Source: a virus. From it: DNA of 64,000 nt. The translations under genes and the position numbers were made by a program. The DNA is taken from positions 1 to 64,000 of IMG/VR virus record IMGVR_UViG_3300037851_000057, one strand, 5' to 3'. Below, in pieces: positions 17,992 through 26,494 of this stretch. The notes under the pieces are model-generated. The model searched no databases, had not been told where the DNA came from, and saw only the letters and a program-made list of their open reading frames with translations. Positions within the stretch are counted from its first letter, which is position 1; every line of letters begins with the position of its first letter.

Positions 17992-18397
17992 GTGGAGGCT
18001 GAGCATCGCTTGGTAACTCCAGAGCCGCTACATTACCACGCCCGAGGGCCGTGGCAATGTCTGGAGGCACCCATCCCGGGGGCTTGAGAATCTTGCCGTC
18101 CGCCCGCCGCGGGCCGCCGTCCTTGGCCATGTTGGAGCGCTGCACTTCCTTCCAGACTTCTCGGAGGTCGATGCCCATGGTCACGGCCGCCCCGATGCAC
18201 ACGTAGATCAGGTCGGCCAGGGCGTCCGCCATCTCGTTGATGTCGCGGTCATTCAGGGCCTTGGTCAGCTCCGCCAGCTCCTCGGAGATCAGACTCGTCC
18301 GCATGTGAAGGGTCGCCTCGTCCGGCCACGAGGGCCGCTCACGTACCGGGAGGCCGAACTTCCGATGGAATGCCACCACGTCCTCGAACCAGCTCAT
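17984..18397 (-). CDS. mazG: MazG-like nucleoside triphosphate pyrophosphohydrolase
   Basis: ..LISEELAELTKAL..EMADALADLIYVCIGAAVTMGIDL..VQRSNMAK.. is the typical phage MazG EExxE/D helix pattern. Confidence 0.8.
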   Translation of the reverse strand: MSWFEDVVAFHRKFGLPVRERPSWPDEATLHMRTSLISEELAELTKALNDRDINEMADALADLIYVCIGAAVTMGIDLREVWKEVQRSNMAKDGGPRRADGKILKPPGWVPPDIATALGRGNVAALELPSDAQPPHA

Positions 18398-18630
18398 ACT
18401 CGTCTCCCATCATGTAGGGCCGGCTTCACCACCGATGCCGACCAATGCCCAACGTCACCCGTCTTGTTCCAGCCCACCGTGTCGTAGGGGTCATCCTCCA
18501 GCAATCGCACGTAGCGCTCATGCCCGCGTGCTCCAACCAACACACCCCGCACTGTGCGCCGGCATCCTGCCACAGGCAAACGCATCCACGCGCTACCGCG
18601 CTCGACGGTCACGACGGTCCCGAACTTCAT
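18394..18630 (-). CDS. hypothetical protein (78 aa)
   Basis: Trimmed to ATG 18630 (ATGA overlap with the upstream stop). Confidence 0.5.
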   Translation of the reverse strand: MKFGTVVTVERGSAWMRLPVAGCRRTVRGVLVGARGHERYVRLLEDDPYDTVGWNKTGDVGHWSASVVKPALHDGRRV

Positions 18631-18830
18631 ACCAGTTCTTTCTCCTCCGCCAGCCAACGGGGGATTTCCAAGGTGTCCGTGTCCTCATACTCGATCTGGC
18701 TCTTGGCTATCCAGACTTCCCCTTCATCGAACATGAACAACTTGGCCTTGTCCGTCTCATGCTTCACGCCGTAGTGGTCCAGGACCACGTTGCTTGGCTC
18801 GCTCGTCTTGCACTTCCGTGACTCGCCCAT
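18627..18830 (-). CDS. hypothetical protein (67 aa)
   Basis: ATG 18830 after GGAGGA. Motif ..KAKLFMFDEGEVWIAKSQIEY.. is common in small phage proteins. Confidence 0.55.
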   Translation of the reverse strand: MGESRKCKTSEPSNVVLDHYGVKHETDKAKLFMFDEGEVWIAKSQIEYEDTDTLEIPRWLAEEKELV

Positions 18831-19258
18831 CACTTCCTCCGCTTCATGGGCAAGCGGTCATCCTCATCGGAGCCGCCGCCGATTCCCGCCTCTATGCCAT
18901 CCCCGGCCTGGGGCCAACCAAGGGGCGGGTCCTTCTGCCACGCCGTCGCCCCCAGCTCCGCCCGCGCCTTGCGGATGCTCATGCCCATGGTCGCCCGCTT
19001 CCACAACGCCGTGGTGACCAAGGGCATCCATTCCGTGTCCAGCCCCAGCCTGGAGGCGAGGTCCGTGAAGGATTGCTCGCAAAGGGCGTTGACCTGTTTC
19101 AGGCCATCGCACCATTTCGCTTGTACCGTCACCACCCGGTTGCAGAGGGCCGTGTTCTCCCGAAGTAGGTGGTTGGTCCAGAGCGTCCACGCCAGCGCCA
19201 AGGCCAGCACGCCCGACACCACCGGCCAGAACCATCGCTTGCATTGCTGTAGTCTCAT
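18830..19258 (-). CDS. N-terminally anchored membrane protein (142 aa)
   Basis: TM WFWPVVSGVLALALAWTLW. Several Cys. Confidence 0.55.
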   Translation of the reverse strand: MRLQQCKRWFWPVVSGVLALALAWTLWTNHLLRENTALCNRVVTVQAKWCDGLKQVNALCEQSFTDLASRLGLDTEWMPLVTTALWKRATMGMSIRKARAELGATAWQKDPPLGWPQAGDGIEAGIGGGSDEDDRLPMKRRK

Positions 19259-19267
19259 CGTTCCAGG

Positions 19268-19669
19268 TTATCGGTTGCCACGCAATTCTGGAACGTCTAT
19301 CGACTTGCCCACGAGCGCCCGCATGTCCCGGAGATGAGCCTTGGTGGCCTCCAGCTCGCCCGCGCTCCCCGCCTCGCTCGGTCGCACGCCCACGCGCCAC
19401 AGCTCATCCATGAGCGCTTGCACTTGGTCCCGCCTGAGCTTGAAGGTCGGCTGTAGCTCTTGGCCTTCCTCCACGGGCTCGAAGGTCACATTGGTGGCCA
19501 TGTAGTAGCGGCGCCGGTCGTTGGGTGCCACGTCTCGCCCCATGAGACAGAAGGCCGTCCGCCCGTCCCACGGAACATGGTGACACCGGATCTCCAGGTC
19601 CGTTAGAGACTGCTCGATGCCCGAAGGCGGAAAGATCCTGGGCTCATTTCTTTCCATCTTGCTTTTCAT
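19268..19669 (-). CDS. hypothetical protein (133 aa)
   Basis: ATG 19669 after GAGGAGAGCGGCAC. Confidence 0.6.
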   Translation of the reverse strand: MKSKMERNEPRIFPPSGIEQSLTDLEIRCHHVPWDGRTAFCLMGRDVAPNDRRRYYMATNVTFEPVEEGQELQPTFKLRRDQVQALMDELWRVGVRPSEAGSAGELEATKAHLRDMRALVGKSIDVPELRGNR

Positions 19670-20051
19670 GTGCCGCTCTCCTCTTTCGCGTCCGCCCCTT
19701 CCATCGGTCGGCCGCCAGGTAGTCCACGAGCGCGATAGCTTGCTCCGTGGTAATCAACAGCTTCCGGTTGGTCGCTCGCTTCCAGTGTTGATTGAGGGCA
19801 TCACCCGCTCGCCGAAGTTGATGGCGGTCGTAGCCCGTCTCCCGGCTCAGCTCCCGGAGCGTTGTGGTCCCCTGGTCCAGGGGGTGACCAAGCGCCTTGG
19901 CTCGCTTGCGGAGGGCGTCCACGGACTTGCCCAACGCCTTGGCCATCTGAGCGTAGGACTTGGAGCCGATCATGTCCAGCAATCGGGCATCCAGCTCTTT
20001 GGTCCAGACGGGGTTGAACTTGTAGCACGGGCCTCCCTTGGTGAAGGTCAC
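19644..20051 (-). CDS. HTH DNA-binding protein, paralogous to the central domain of 36217..36846
   Basis: GTG 20051 overlaps the upstream stop (GTGA). LRELSRETGYDRHQLRRAGDALNQHWKR..ITTEQAIALVDYLAADRW matches FWELARVTGYSRCQLKRAQNALGQKWKR..ITEEQLEELVAWLAHDYW. Confidence 0.55.
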   Translation of the reverse strand: MTFTKGGPCYKFNPVWTKELDARLLDMIGSKSYAQMAKALGKSVDALRKRAKALGHPLDQGTTTLRELSRETGYDRHQLRRAGDALNQHWKRATNRKLLITTEQAIALVDYLAADRWKGRTRKRRAAHEKQDGKK

Positions 20052-20527
20052 TGGCCGCAACCTTCACAGCACTCGGGGTGGCACTTCTCGCCACGGGCCA
20101 TCCGCTCCAGGGCCTCGTCCTTGGGCATGGGCCAGCCGAAGTGGTCCGCCACGAGCTTGAGGATGGGCGCCCCGTAGTTCTCATAAGGGGCCGCCGCCAT
20201 CCGGTCCAACAGCTCGTCCTCCCCGGCCAGCCACACCCATGCCGTGAGCTTCTGGACCGTCCGGCTCGCCGAGATGCCCCGATGGTCCCGCGCCTTGGGC
20301 CAGCCGTACTCGGCCATGTAGTCATACGCCCTGGCCAGCACGTTCGCTCGCTTGTACGCCGGCCGGTCGCTGTCCCACTTGTCCTTGGTCACTTCGGGCT
20401 TCAACAGCCCCTTGGCGTGCTCATAGTCCAGCCACTCGAACAGCACCTCGGGCTCGAAGCACAAGAACTCCTGTTGCTTGGCCTTGATGCGTTCCAGTAT
20501 CTCATCTTGGGTCCGTAGCTTCCGCAT
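20048..20527 (-). CDS. hypothetical protein (159 aa)
   Basis: ATG 20527 after GAGGAGAGCGAC. C-terminal CHPECCEGCG. Confidence 0.6.
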   Translation of the reverse strand: MRKLRTQDEILERIKAKQQEFLCFEPEVLFEWLDYEHAKGLLKPEVTKDKWDSDRPAYKRANVLARAYDYMAEYGWPKARDHRGISASRTVQKLTAWVWLAGEDELLDRMAAAPYENYGAPILKLVADHFGWPMPKDEALERMARGEKCHPECCEGCGQ

Positions 20528-20629
20528 GTCGCTCTCCTCATGTTGAAGTGGCCCGGGCCGAAGGGTGCAGCTCCGACCCGGACCGAAGGGTGGTGAAGCG
20601 GAAACACACCAACACCACCCAACCTCGAT

Positions 20630-21007
20630 TCAGTGTTGTACGCCTGGCCGCCCCTTCCCCGCGTCCTCGGTCCCGGCCATCTGCCCGAGGGCCTCGGCCA
20701 TGCTCCCGAGCACGGCCGCGTTGGTCTTGGCCCACCGCCCATCCTGCCCGGTTTGGTCGATGGCTCGGCTCACGTCCAGCATGAGCCGCCCGAGATTGCC
20801 CACGAGGGTGGCCGCACCCACCAACAGCTCGGGCACGCTCGTCCCGCTCTGCCACTCGATACTCGCCTCCATGTGCTGGAGCGCCGAATCCAGCATCGTG
20901 GTGATCTCGATCTTGTGCGCCACGTCCGGGGTGGGCTCGTAGGGGATCTCCAGCGTCCCCAGCTCCTTGAACTCGCCTTGGTCACTCATGGCCTTCACCG
21001 CCTTCAT
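20630..21007 (-). CDS. hypothetical protein (119-125 aa)
   Basis: Track ORF. The alternative ATG 20989 would give only an 8-nt overlap with the upstream gene. Confidence 0.5.
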   Translation of the reverse strand: MKAVKAMSDQGEFKELGTLEIPYEPTPDVAHKIEITTMLDSALQHMEASIEWQSGTSVPELLVGAATLVGNLGRLMLDVSRAIDQTGQDGRWAKTNAAVLGSMAEALGQMAGTEDAGKGRPGVQH

Positions 21008-21194
21008 TGAACGAGAACTTGCCCATCATGAGCGCATCCTCCGCACCGATGACGGTGTTCCCCTCACACACCGGGCAATCGTACCCTTCCGCGTCCGGCT
21101 CGGTTTGCTCCCGCGTGAACGCCTCACAGGTCGTACACCACCCCATGAACAGGTCCCGCGCTTCCTCGAACTCCGACTTCTCGATCCGCTTCAT
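20982..21194 (-). CDS. zinc-ribbon protein (70 aa)
   Basis: CTTC...CPVC. ATG 21194 overlaps the upstream stop (ATGA). Confidence 0.5.
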   Translation of the reverse strand: MKRIEKSEFEEARDLFMGWCTTCEAFTREQTEPDAEGYDCPVCEGNTVIGAEDALMMGKFSFNEGGEGHE

Positions 21195-21478
21195 GCTGGC
21201 ACCTTGGCCTGGGCCGCGCAGTCGGGGCACACGTAGCGCACACCCTTGGGGTTGTCCGGGTCATTCCGCCAGTCGCCCATCGGCGCCGTGGACTGCTTCC
21301 CGCACTTGGGGCACAGCTTCCCCTTCGCCGTGAGGGAAAGCTGGACAGTCGCCTTCAAGCCCCGCACGCTCGCGTAGGCTTGGACGTTGTAGGCCAGCTC
21401 CATGCCCTCGCGCTCCATCTCGGCCACGAGCTTGTTGAGCACGCCCTCCAGGGCCACGCCAAGGTCCAGCTTAGCCAT
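21191..21478 (-). CDS. zinc-ribbon protein (95 aa)
   Basis: CPKCGK...CPDC. Trimmed to ATG 21478 (8-nt overlap, GAGGTGG upstream). Confidence 0.5.
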   Translation of the reverse strand: MAKLDLGVALEGVLNKLVAEMEREGMELAYNVQAYASVRGLKATVQLSLTAKGKLCPKCGKQSTAPMGDWRNDPDNPKGVRYVCPDCAAQAKVPA

Positions 21479-21914
21479 GGCCCACCTCATCCCGGGGGTC
21501 CAGGTGTCGCCCCATACCATCGGGCCCGAGGTAGTGGTCCACGTAGACGCCCTTGTGGTCATCCGGTCGCCGCCCTCGCTCCCGGGCATGGCGGAAGCTA
21601 TGCACGAGCTTAGGATCCAGCTCCAGCTTCTCCGCCCACACCTGGAGCTGTCGCACGATCTTGTGCTCCCAAGGGGCATCGAAGGCCGAGATGTAGACGG
21701 GCTTGCCCTCGCTCATCTCCACGAGGGCATGGACCATCATCTCGGTGGAGCGCCCGGTCCCACGAGTCCACACCGCTTGCTGGACTTTGGTGTCCCACAG
21801 GTCGGCGCACCCGCGCATCTTGCGGACGTTCTCCGCCACCGCCATGCACTTCCAGAGTCGGTTGGGTATGAGGCCGATGGCCTTGGCCACCTGCTCAGTC
21901 GTCATTGCTGGCAT
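21471..21914 (-). CDS. hypothetical protein (147 aa)
   Basis: Track ORF. TRGTGRSTEMM is P-loop-like but not canonical. Confidence 0.55.
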   Translation of the reverse strand: MPAMTTEQVAKAIGLIPNRLWKCMAVAENVRKMRGCADLWDTKVQQAVWTRGTGRSTEMMVHALVEMSEGKPVYISAFDAPWEHKIVRQLQVWAEKLELDPKLVHSFRHARERGRRPDDHKGVYVDHYLGPDGMGRHLDPRDEVGHG

Positions 21915-21916
21915 GG

Positions 21917-22312
21917 TCAGCTCCCCACCTTCTCAAAACGAACAGGCGCCGCAAGAGCGCTCGGCTTCACTTTCTCGAAAGGCCGCAGGCATACGGGGAG
22001 CCAATGGAGCTTCTTGTAAGAGCGGCAACGCTTCGCAATCGGCAGATTCAGCCGCCCGCCGTCAATGAGATAGGTGAGCATCTGGGCTGGCGCCAACGCC
22101 AACACATTATCTCGCACCAATTCCAGCAATGCTTGGGAGAACGTGTCCGACATACCCGCCCAGAAGATCACGTTGAACTTCCGCATGAGCCATTGGAAGT
22201 CGCCACGCGCCTCCTCGCCGAGCACGCGCTCCAGCTCAGGGAATGACACCCAATCATTCTCCCTCACGTAGGTCACAATCCGCTCTTTCATCCCGTCCAA
22301 GTTTTCAAGCAT
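21917..22312 (-). CDS. hypothetical protein (131 aa)
   Basis: ATG 22312 after GAGGAGAGCGACG. Confidence 0.55.
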   Translation of the reverse strand: MLENLDGMKERIVTYVRENDWVSFPELERVLGEEARGDFQWLMRKFNVIFWAGMSDTFSQALLELVRDNVLALAPAQMLTYLIDGGRLNLPIAKRCRSYKKLHWLPVCLRPFEKVKPSALAAPVRFEKVGS

Positions 22313-22577
22313 CGTCGCTCTCCTCATCCTCCCACGGGTAAGGAACTTCTGAGGGATGGCACCTAAAGCAAATGTGGAACGTCACAGGTTCGCCGTCCTC
22401 AGTCTCGTCCAGCACGTCCTCCCTTACCGCGGGGTCTATCTCGATGGAGTAGTCCTTCGCTTCCTTTTCCGACACCCCCTGCAAACAACCCGAACAGAAG
22501 GACGCACCACAAGAATCACACTCCAGAAACTCAAAAGGCTTGTCCTCCTCACAACCACAGCTCTCACAGTTGCTCAT
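22305..22577 (-). CDS. acidic Cys-rich protein (90 aa)
   Basis: CESCGC..CDSCG..CSGC..CFRC. TGATG junction with the upstream gene. Confidence 0.55.
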   Translation of the reverse strand: MSNCESCGCEEDKPFEFLECDSCGASFCSGCLQGVSEKEAKDYSIEIDPAVREDVLDETEDGEPVTFHICFRCHPSEVPYPWEDEESDDA

Positions 22578-23020
22578 CACCGCACCGCCTTGATGGGCGT
22601 CCGCCTCGCCGGGCTCACCCCCACGAACACGTCATCCATGCCCATGGGCTTGTCCACCCACACGGGCTCGCCCACGCCCAGATCCTCTTTCAACCGCTCG
22701 ACCACCGCCTTGTACTCCTGAGCCGTCATCGTCGGCTTCATGTCCAGAATCTTCACCCGGTCCTGGTCACCGATGCGGGTCAGGAGAATGAGCTTCCCCG
22801 TCTCCTTGAAGCCCACGTCCAACGCCTGGGCCGCCGCCATCTGGCGCCGGAGAAGCCGCACCTCCTCCACGGCCGCCTGGGCCACGGACAGGGCCTTCTC
22901 GGCCGTCTTGACGGCTTCACCCAGCTTCGCTCCGAAGTCCTTGGTCAGGGCCTCCAGCTCGGGGGCCACCACGTCCCGGACAATGCCCCGGGCCAGCGTT
23001 CTCCAGAATCCCATGCTCAT
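22577..23020 (-). CDS. hypothetical protein (147 aa)
   Basis: Trimmed to ATG 23020 (ATGA overlap). Confidence 0.55.
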   Translation of the reverse strand: MSMGFWRTLARGIVRDVVAPELEALTKDFGAKLGEAVKTAEKALSVAQAAVEEVRLLRRQMAAAQALDVGFKETGKLILLTRIGDQDRVKILDMKPTMTAQEYKAVVERLKEDLGVGEPVWVDKPMGMDDVFVGVSPARRTPIKAVR

Positions 23021-23421
23021 CTCCCGCGGGGCCACGAGAACCCGCTCAGTAGGAGCCCAGCCAGTTGCTCGGCCAGGCTCGCCTTCAACGCATCCATGAC
23101 CGCGTGCCTACCGTCCAGAAGCGCCGCCTCCATGGGCACGCTCACCACCGCCTCCAGCTCGCGCCCGTTCACCTTGAGCCCCATCCGGTAGCTCACAAGC
23201 CCGGTCGCCTCGTTCTTGGAAGGATGCTCGGCCACCAGGGCCGCCTGGAGGGTGTTGTTGGTCTGCCCGACCACCGCATGGAAGCGGTTGTCCAGCTCGT
23301 TGCCCACTTCCTCCTGGATGATCTCCCAGAGGGCCTGGGCCCGCGCCTTCTTGTCCTCATCGCCGAGCCGGTTTGCCAGCTCCCGAAGGAACTCGGCCGT
23401 TGGTGCCTTTCGTTCCGCCAT
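23017..23421 (-). CDS. hypothetical protein (134 aa)
   Basis: ATG 23421 after GAGGAGAGCGAC. Confidence 0.55.
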   Translation of the reverse strand: MAERKAPTAEFLRELANRLGDEDKKARAQALWEIIQEEVGNELDNRFHAVVGQTNNTLQAALVAEHPSKNEATGLVSYRMGLKVNGRELEAVVSVPMEAALLDGRHAVMDALKASLAEQLAGLLLSGFSWPRGR

Positions 23422-23638
23422 GTCGCTCTCCTCTACCACTATTGATGCCGCGAGGGGCCTTTCGGGAACCAAGAATCAACCCGTCCAGCAACCCGAGTAC
23501 CACAACCGCCTCGCCTCGTTCCAGCTTTTCTGCCAAGGGGCCAGCGTCATCCGCCGCCCTCGCCACTTCCTTGCGGAGCGTCAGCAACAGCCGATCCATG
23601 TGCTCGCATCTCGGGCATCCGCCCGTCTGTATCGCCAT
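23357..23638 (-). CDS. possible small CPRC-containing protein (93 aa as drawn)
   Basis: ATG 23638 after GGAGGTAGGA. The first ~58 aa look coding. The tail overlaps the next gene by 65 nt and looks like read-through. Confidence 0.35.
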   Translation of the reverse strand: MAIQTGGCPRCEHMDRLLLTLRKEVARAADDAGPLAEKLERGEAVVVLGLLDGLILGSRKAPRGINSGRGERHGGTKGTNGRVPSGAGKPARR

Positions 23639-23677
23639 TCCTACCTCCGTTCTCGTGGGGGACGTACCCCCGCCGAT

Positions 23678-23710
23678 CTACCACGCGCCTACCACGCGCC
23701 TACTACGTTC
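23678..23710. repeat. three tandem 11-bp direct repeats CTACCACGCGC / CTACCACGCGC / CTACTACGTTC
   Basis: Read directly in the 118-bp thyX-downstream intergenic region. One repeat per helical turn. Confidence 0.9.
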
Positions 23711-23756
23711 CACATTCCAGTCTTTTATACAGCCTTTTCCCTGGAATATCCAGGCT

Positions 23757-24404
23757 TTAGGCCGTTTCCTCCCCCTCCACGCTCAGATCATCGAAAATGA
23801 CCGGAATCCGCTGCTTGAAAAGGGCCAGCAAGGGGGTCATGAGCCGTCGCATCTGAGGGTGCGCCGCCTTCCCCGTCCTGAGCCGGAGGATATGCCTCCA
23901 CTCTCGCAGGTTGGCCGTCACCACGATCTCGGTCTTGAGGCACGTTGGGAGGTTGTCCCTCGCTTGCTGGGGCTTCACCCCCTCCTCTACCTCCGCCAGG
24001 TAGACCCGCTCCATCTCTGCCCACAGCTTCATGCGACGCTCGACCTGGGCAGGGGTCAGCCCGTCCATCATGGGCACGAGCGCCACCTCTCCGCCGAACT
24101 TGTCTTGGCTGTAGTTGCAGTAGCGGGTGGACTCTTGGGAGAAGCTGGCGATGCGATGGCGGACCATCTCGTGACTGAGCCCGCGGTCCAGGACGAACCG
24201 CACCGTCACCTTCTCATGCTCCAGGACGCTCTCATGCCCCTTCTGGATGCAATGGCGGACCAGGGCCTCCATGGACCCATCGCCGATCATGTGCTCGCTC
24301 TTGTAGCAGGTCCGCGCCGCCTTCTCGATTGCCTTGGCCATGCGGATACCGTCCACCGCGGTCAGCTTGTCCTCCACCTCGTAGCTCAGCTCCAACACCT
24401 TCAT
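23757..24404 (-). CDS. thyX: flavin-dependent thymidylate synthase
   Basis: ThyX signature ..HESVLEH.. and MVRHRIASFSQESTRY. Trimmed to ATG 24404 (ATGA overlap). Confidence 0.9.
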   Translation of the reverse strand: MKVLELSYEVEDKLTAVDGIRMAKAIEKAARTCYKSEHMIGDGSMEALVRHCIQKGHESVLEHEKVTVRFVLDRGLSHEMVRHRIASFSQESTRYCNYSQDKFGGEVALVPMMDGLTPAQVERRMKLWAEMERVYLAEVEEGVKPQQARDNLPTCLKTEIVVTANLREWRHILRLRTGKAAHPQMRRLMTPLLALFKQRIPVIFDDLSVEGEETA

Positions 24405-24676
24405 GACACGCTCCTTGGCCCGGGCCTCGCCGGGCACCTTTCGTAGACGGCCTTCACAGGGCCGTTGCTGTACCGGCCACACGCCCGGCATCGCCACCCC
24501 ATCTTTCCCGTCCGCGAGCTTTGGGCCGGCTCGTCATCGTGGCCGTACCACTTCTCGGCGTACCACTCCCGGTAGCGCCTCACGAGGTTCGCCCGCCTCA
24601 CCCAATGCCGCACCCTTCTCGGGAACAGCTCCACTTGGTAGAGCACCCATGCCCAGCTCGATTCCAGCTTTGTCAT
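24401..24676 (-). CDS. small basic Trp/Arg-rich protein with CRAC (91 aa)
   Basis: Track ORF. ATGA overlaps at both ends. Confidence 0.5.
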   Translation of the reverse strand: MTKLESSWAWVLYQVELFPRRVRHWVRRANLVRRYREWYAEKWYGHDDEPAQSSRTGKMGWRCRACGRYSNGPVKAVYERCPARPGPRSVS

Positions 24677-25158
24677 AAGCCACCGTCCTCGTCATGGTGG
24701 CATCGGAACTCGGGGTCACCGCACACCGGGCACTTCTCCTCATCCAGCCGCTTGTGCGAGCACTCTAGGCACAAGTAGTGGCCATCCCCCTCACAGCGGT
24801 TGCTCGGGTCGGGTGAACCTGGATGGAAGTCATGGCACGGGTTGTCCGCATCTCGGAGGCCAGGCGTCCCGTCTGGGGGTCGTTCTCGCTCCAGAGCTTC
24901 CGGTTGTTCCCCCGTCCCGTGGCACACGTCGCACCGCTCCCGCACCACTTCCTTCACGAGGTTGGTCCGCCCATCGTAGATGGTCGCCACCCGCTCGCCC
25001 TTCCCCTTGCATCGCTCGCACACGGGCCGCCTCCAGCCACACGCCTTGGCGTAGGCCAGGGCCGCCGCGGTCAGGTCCGTGAGCCGCCCCGTGATGGTCG
25101 CCGCGGTCGGGGTCCATGCTCGGTTGCACAAGGTCTGCTCAGCTTCCTCTCGGGTCAT
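24673..25158 (-). CDS. multi-zinc-finger protein with DnaJ-type CxxCxGxG motifs (161 aa)
   Basis: CERCKGKG, CDVCHGTG, CLEC, CPVC. ATG 25158 overlaps the upstream stop. Confidence 0.55.
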   Translation of the reverse strand: MTREEAEQTLCNRAWTPTAATITGRLTDLTAAALAYAKACGWRRPVCERCKGKGERVATIYDGRTNLVKEVVRERCDVCHGTGEQPEALERERPPDGTPGLRDADNPCHDFHPGSPDPSNRCEGDGHYLCLECSHKRLDEEKCPVCGDPEFRCHHDEDGGL

Positions 25159-25436
25159 GGCTTCACTCGCTTGGCCTGGTAGGCGTAGCACCCGAAGGGC
25201 TCGCCGAGGGCATTGGTCACAGCCTGGCAAGTGGGGCACGGTCGGTTGCTGACTTGGTGCATGTCCTTGCTCACGAGCTTCACCGCCTCATAGAGCACCG
25301 CCCCTCGAATGAGGTCCACCATCGTTGCTTCCAGCCCATCCAGCCGTTCCAGTATCCGTTGCTTCGCCTCTTGCACACCGTCCAACGCTCCCAGGGCATT
25401 GGCTCTTGCTTGCCGGGCATCCTCCTCTACGCTCAT
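25155..25436 (-). CDS. hypothetical protein with CPTC (93 aa)
   Basis: Trimmed to ATG 25436 (ATGA overlap). Confidence 0.5.
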   Translation of the reverse strand: MSVEEDARQARANALGALDGVQEAKQRILERLDGLEATMVDLIRGAVLYEAVKLVSKDMHQVSNRPCPTCQAVTNALGEPFGCYAYQAKRVKP

Positions 25437-25645
25437 GGGGTCACCTCGTCGAACCAGCCACGGGGTACGCGCCGGATGTAGCCCTTCTCGCCCACCCGTA
25501 GCAGGTGGAACTCGCCGCGCCAGCTCCCGTCTACCGTCCACACCGTTCCCTCGGGATAGATGATGCCGTCGCTCCGCGTGATCTCCCGGTTGGTCCGCAC
25601 CTTCACGCCCACCCACTCCCGGCACAATCGCTTCTTGATTGTCAT
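25433..25645 (-). CDS. hypothetical protein (70 aa)
   Basis: Track ORF. ATGA overlaps at both ends. Confidence 0.5.
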   Translation of the reverse strand: MTIKKRLCREWVGVKVRTNREITRSDGIIYPEGTVWTVDGSWRGEFHLLRVGEKGYIRRVPRGWFDEVTP

Positions 25646-25818
25646 CGCAACACCGTCATCCGTAGTTGAATGAGCATGTCCACCATACGGAGAATCATCC
25701 GCGTGTTCACCGGCACCTTCTCCGGGAGGTCCTGGCCTTCGATGCGCTCTTGCACCTCTTGATTCCGCACGGCCGCGTAGGCCAGTTGAATCAACTCATC
25801 ATCCGGTTCCAGCTTCAT
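25642..25818 (-). CDS. hypothetical protein (58 aa)
   Basis: Trimmed to ATG 25818 (ATGA overlap). Confidence 0.4.
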   Translation of the reverse strand: MKLEPDDELIQLAYAAVRNQEVQERIEGQDLPEKVPVNTRMILRMVDMLIQLRMTVLR

Positions 25819-26006
25819 GGCTTCACGTCCTTCTTGCAATCCGGGCACCCGTCGCACTCGATCCGCACCGTGGGCACGTCCCATTCCGGTCCAGCGATCA
25901 CGATGAAGTAGCCCCGCCCCCCACACCGCGCCAACGTCGGCTTGGCCTTGAAGATCCACTTGGTCAGGGACGATTCCCGGATGCTCTTGGGGGCCTTCTT
26001 GGTCAC
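25815..26006 (-). CDS. small zinc-binding protein (63 aa)
   Basis: GTG 26006 overlaps the upstream stop (GTGA). CDGCPDC at the C-terminus. Confidence 0.4.
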   Translation of the reverse strand: MTKKAPKSIRESSLTKWIFKAKPTLARCGGRGYFIVIAGPEWDVPTVRIECDGCPDCKKDVKP

Positions 26007-26245
26007 GGCCGGACCTTGCCTGTCCCCTGGCAATGGGGGCACGCCATCCAGCCCGTCCGTTGCCACCCCTTCTTGGTAGGCTCGATCCAGCCGCCCTTGC
26101 GGAGCTTCTGGAGGGCCTGGTCGATGCCCTGCACGTAGGTCTTGGCGCCCGGGGCCAGCTTCTCCCTCAGCTCCGCGTTGGTCATCGGCTCCTTGACCGC
26201 CAGAGCCCCGAGGATGTCCGCCCCGTAGTCGTAGCTCGCCGGCAT
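26003..26245 (-). CDS. winged-helix-like protein with C-terminal CPHCQGTG (80 aa)
   Basis: ATG 26245 after GAGGAGAGCGAG. ..MTNAELREKL..GIDQALQKLRKGGWIE.. Confidence 0.55.
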   Translation of the reverse strand: MPASYDYGADILGALAVKEPMTNAELREKLAPGAKTYVQGIDQALQKLRKGGWIEPTKKGWQRTGWMACPHCQGTGKVRP

Positions 26246-26257
26246 CTCGCTCTCCTC

Positions 26258-26494
26258 TCACCACTCGATGGTATGCGGGCCCGTCTTGAACAGAGGGGCC
26301 ACCTTCTCTTTCCAGCATCTCGGGCACACGTCGAACTCCTCCGTGGTCCCTCCGTCGCTCCCGTAGCTCTCCCGCTTCTCCACCTCGTAGGTGGTCACCG
26401 GGTCCCGCTTAAAGGGCTCACCACAGCAATCGCACAAGGTCTGGACCGTCACCTTCTCCTCACGGGTCACCGTCCTACTTTCCTCGACTCGCAT
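26258..26494 (-). CDS. zinc-ribbon protein (78 aa)
   Basis: CDCCGE...CPRC. TGATG junction upstream. Confidence 0.5.
   Translation of the reverse strand: MRVEESRTVTREEKVTVQTLCDCCGEPFKRDPVTTYEVEKRESYGSDGGTTEEFDVCPRCWKEKVAPLFKTGPHTIEW

Noticed and set aside
20550-20620. GGCCCGGGCC palindrome, CCGAAGGGTG direct repeat (20558-67, 20583-92) and an 8-bp-stem hairpin (20588-20620) downstream of gene 20630..21007
   Set aside because: These are plausible operon-boundary structures, but the stems are short or GC-trivial for this composition and there is no U-tract. The evidence is too weak to call a terminator or regulatory site.
25634-25645. CTTGATTGTCAT, identical to a left arm of the promoter palindrome
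   Set aside because: It is the reverse complement of ATGACAATCAAG, the first codons (MTIK) of gene 25433..25645. There is no partner arm, -35 or TATAAT.
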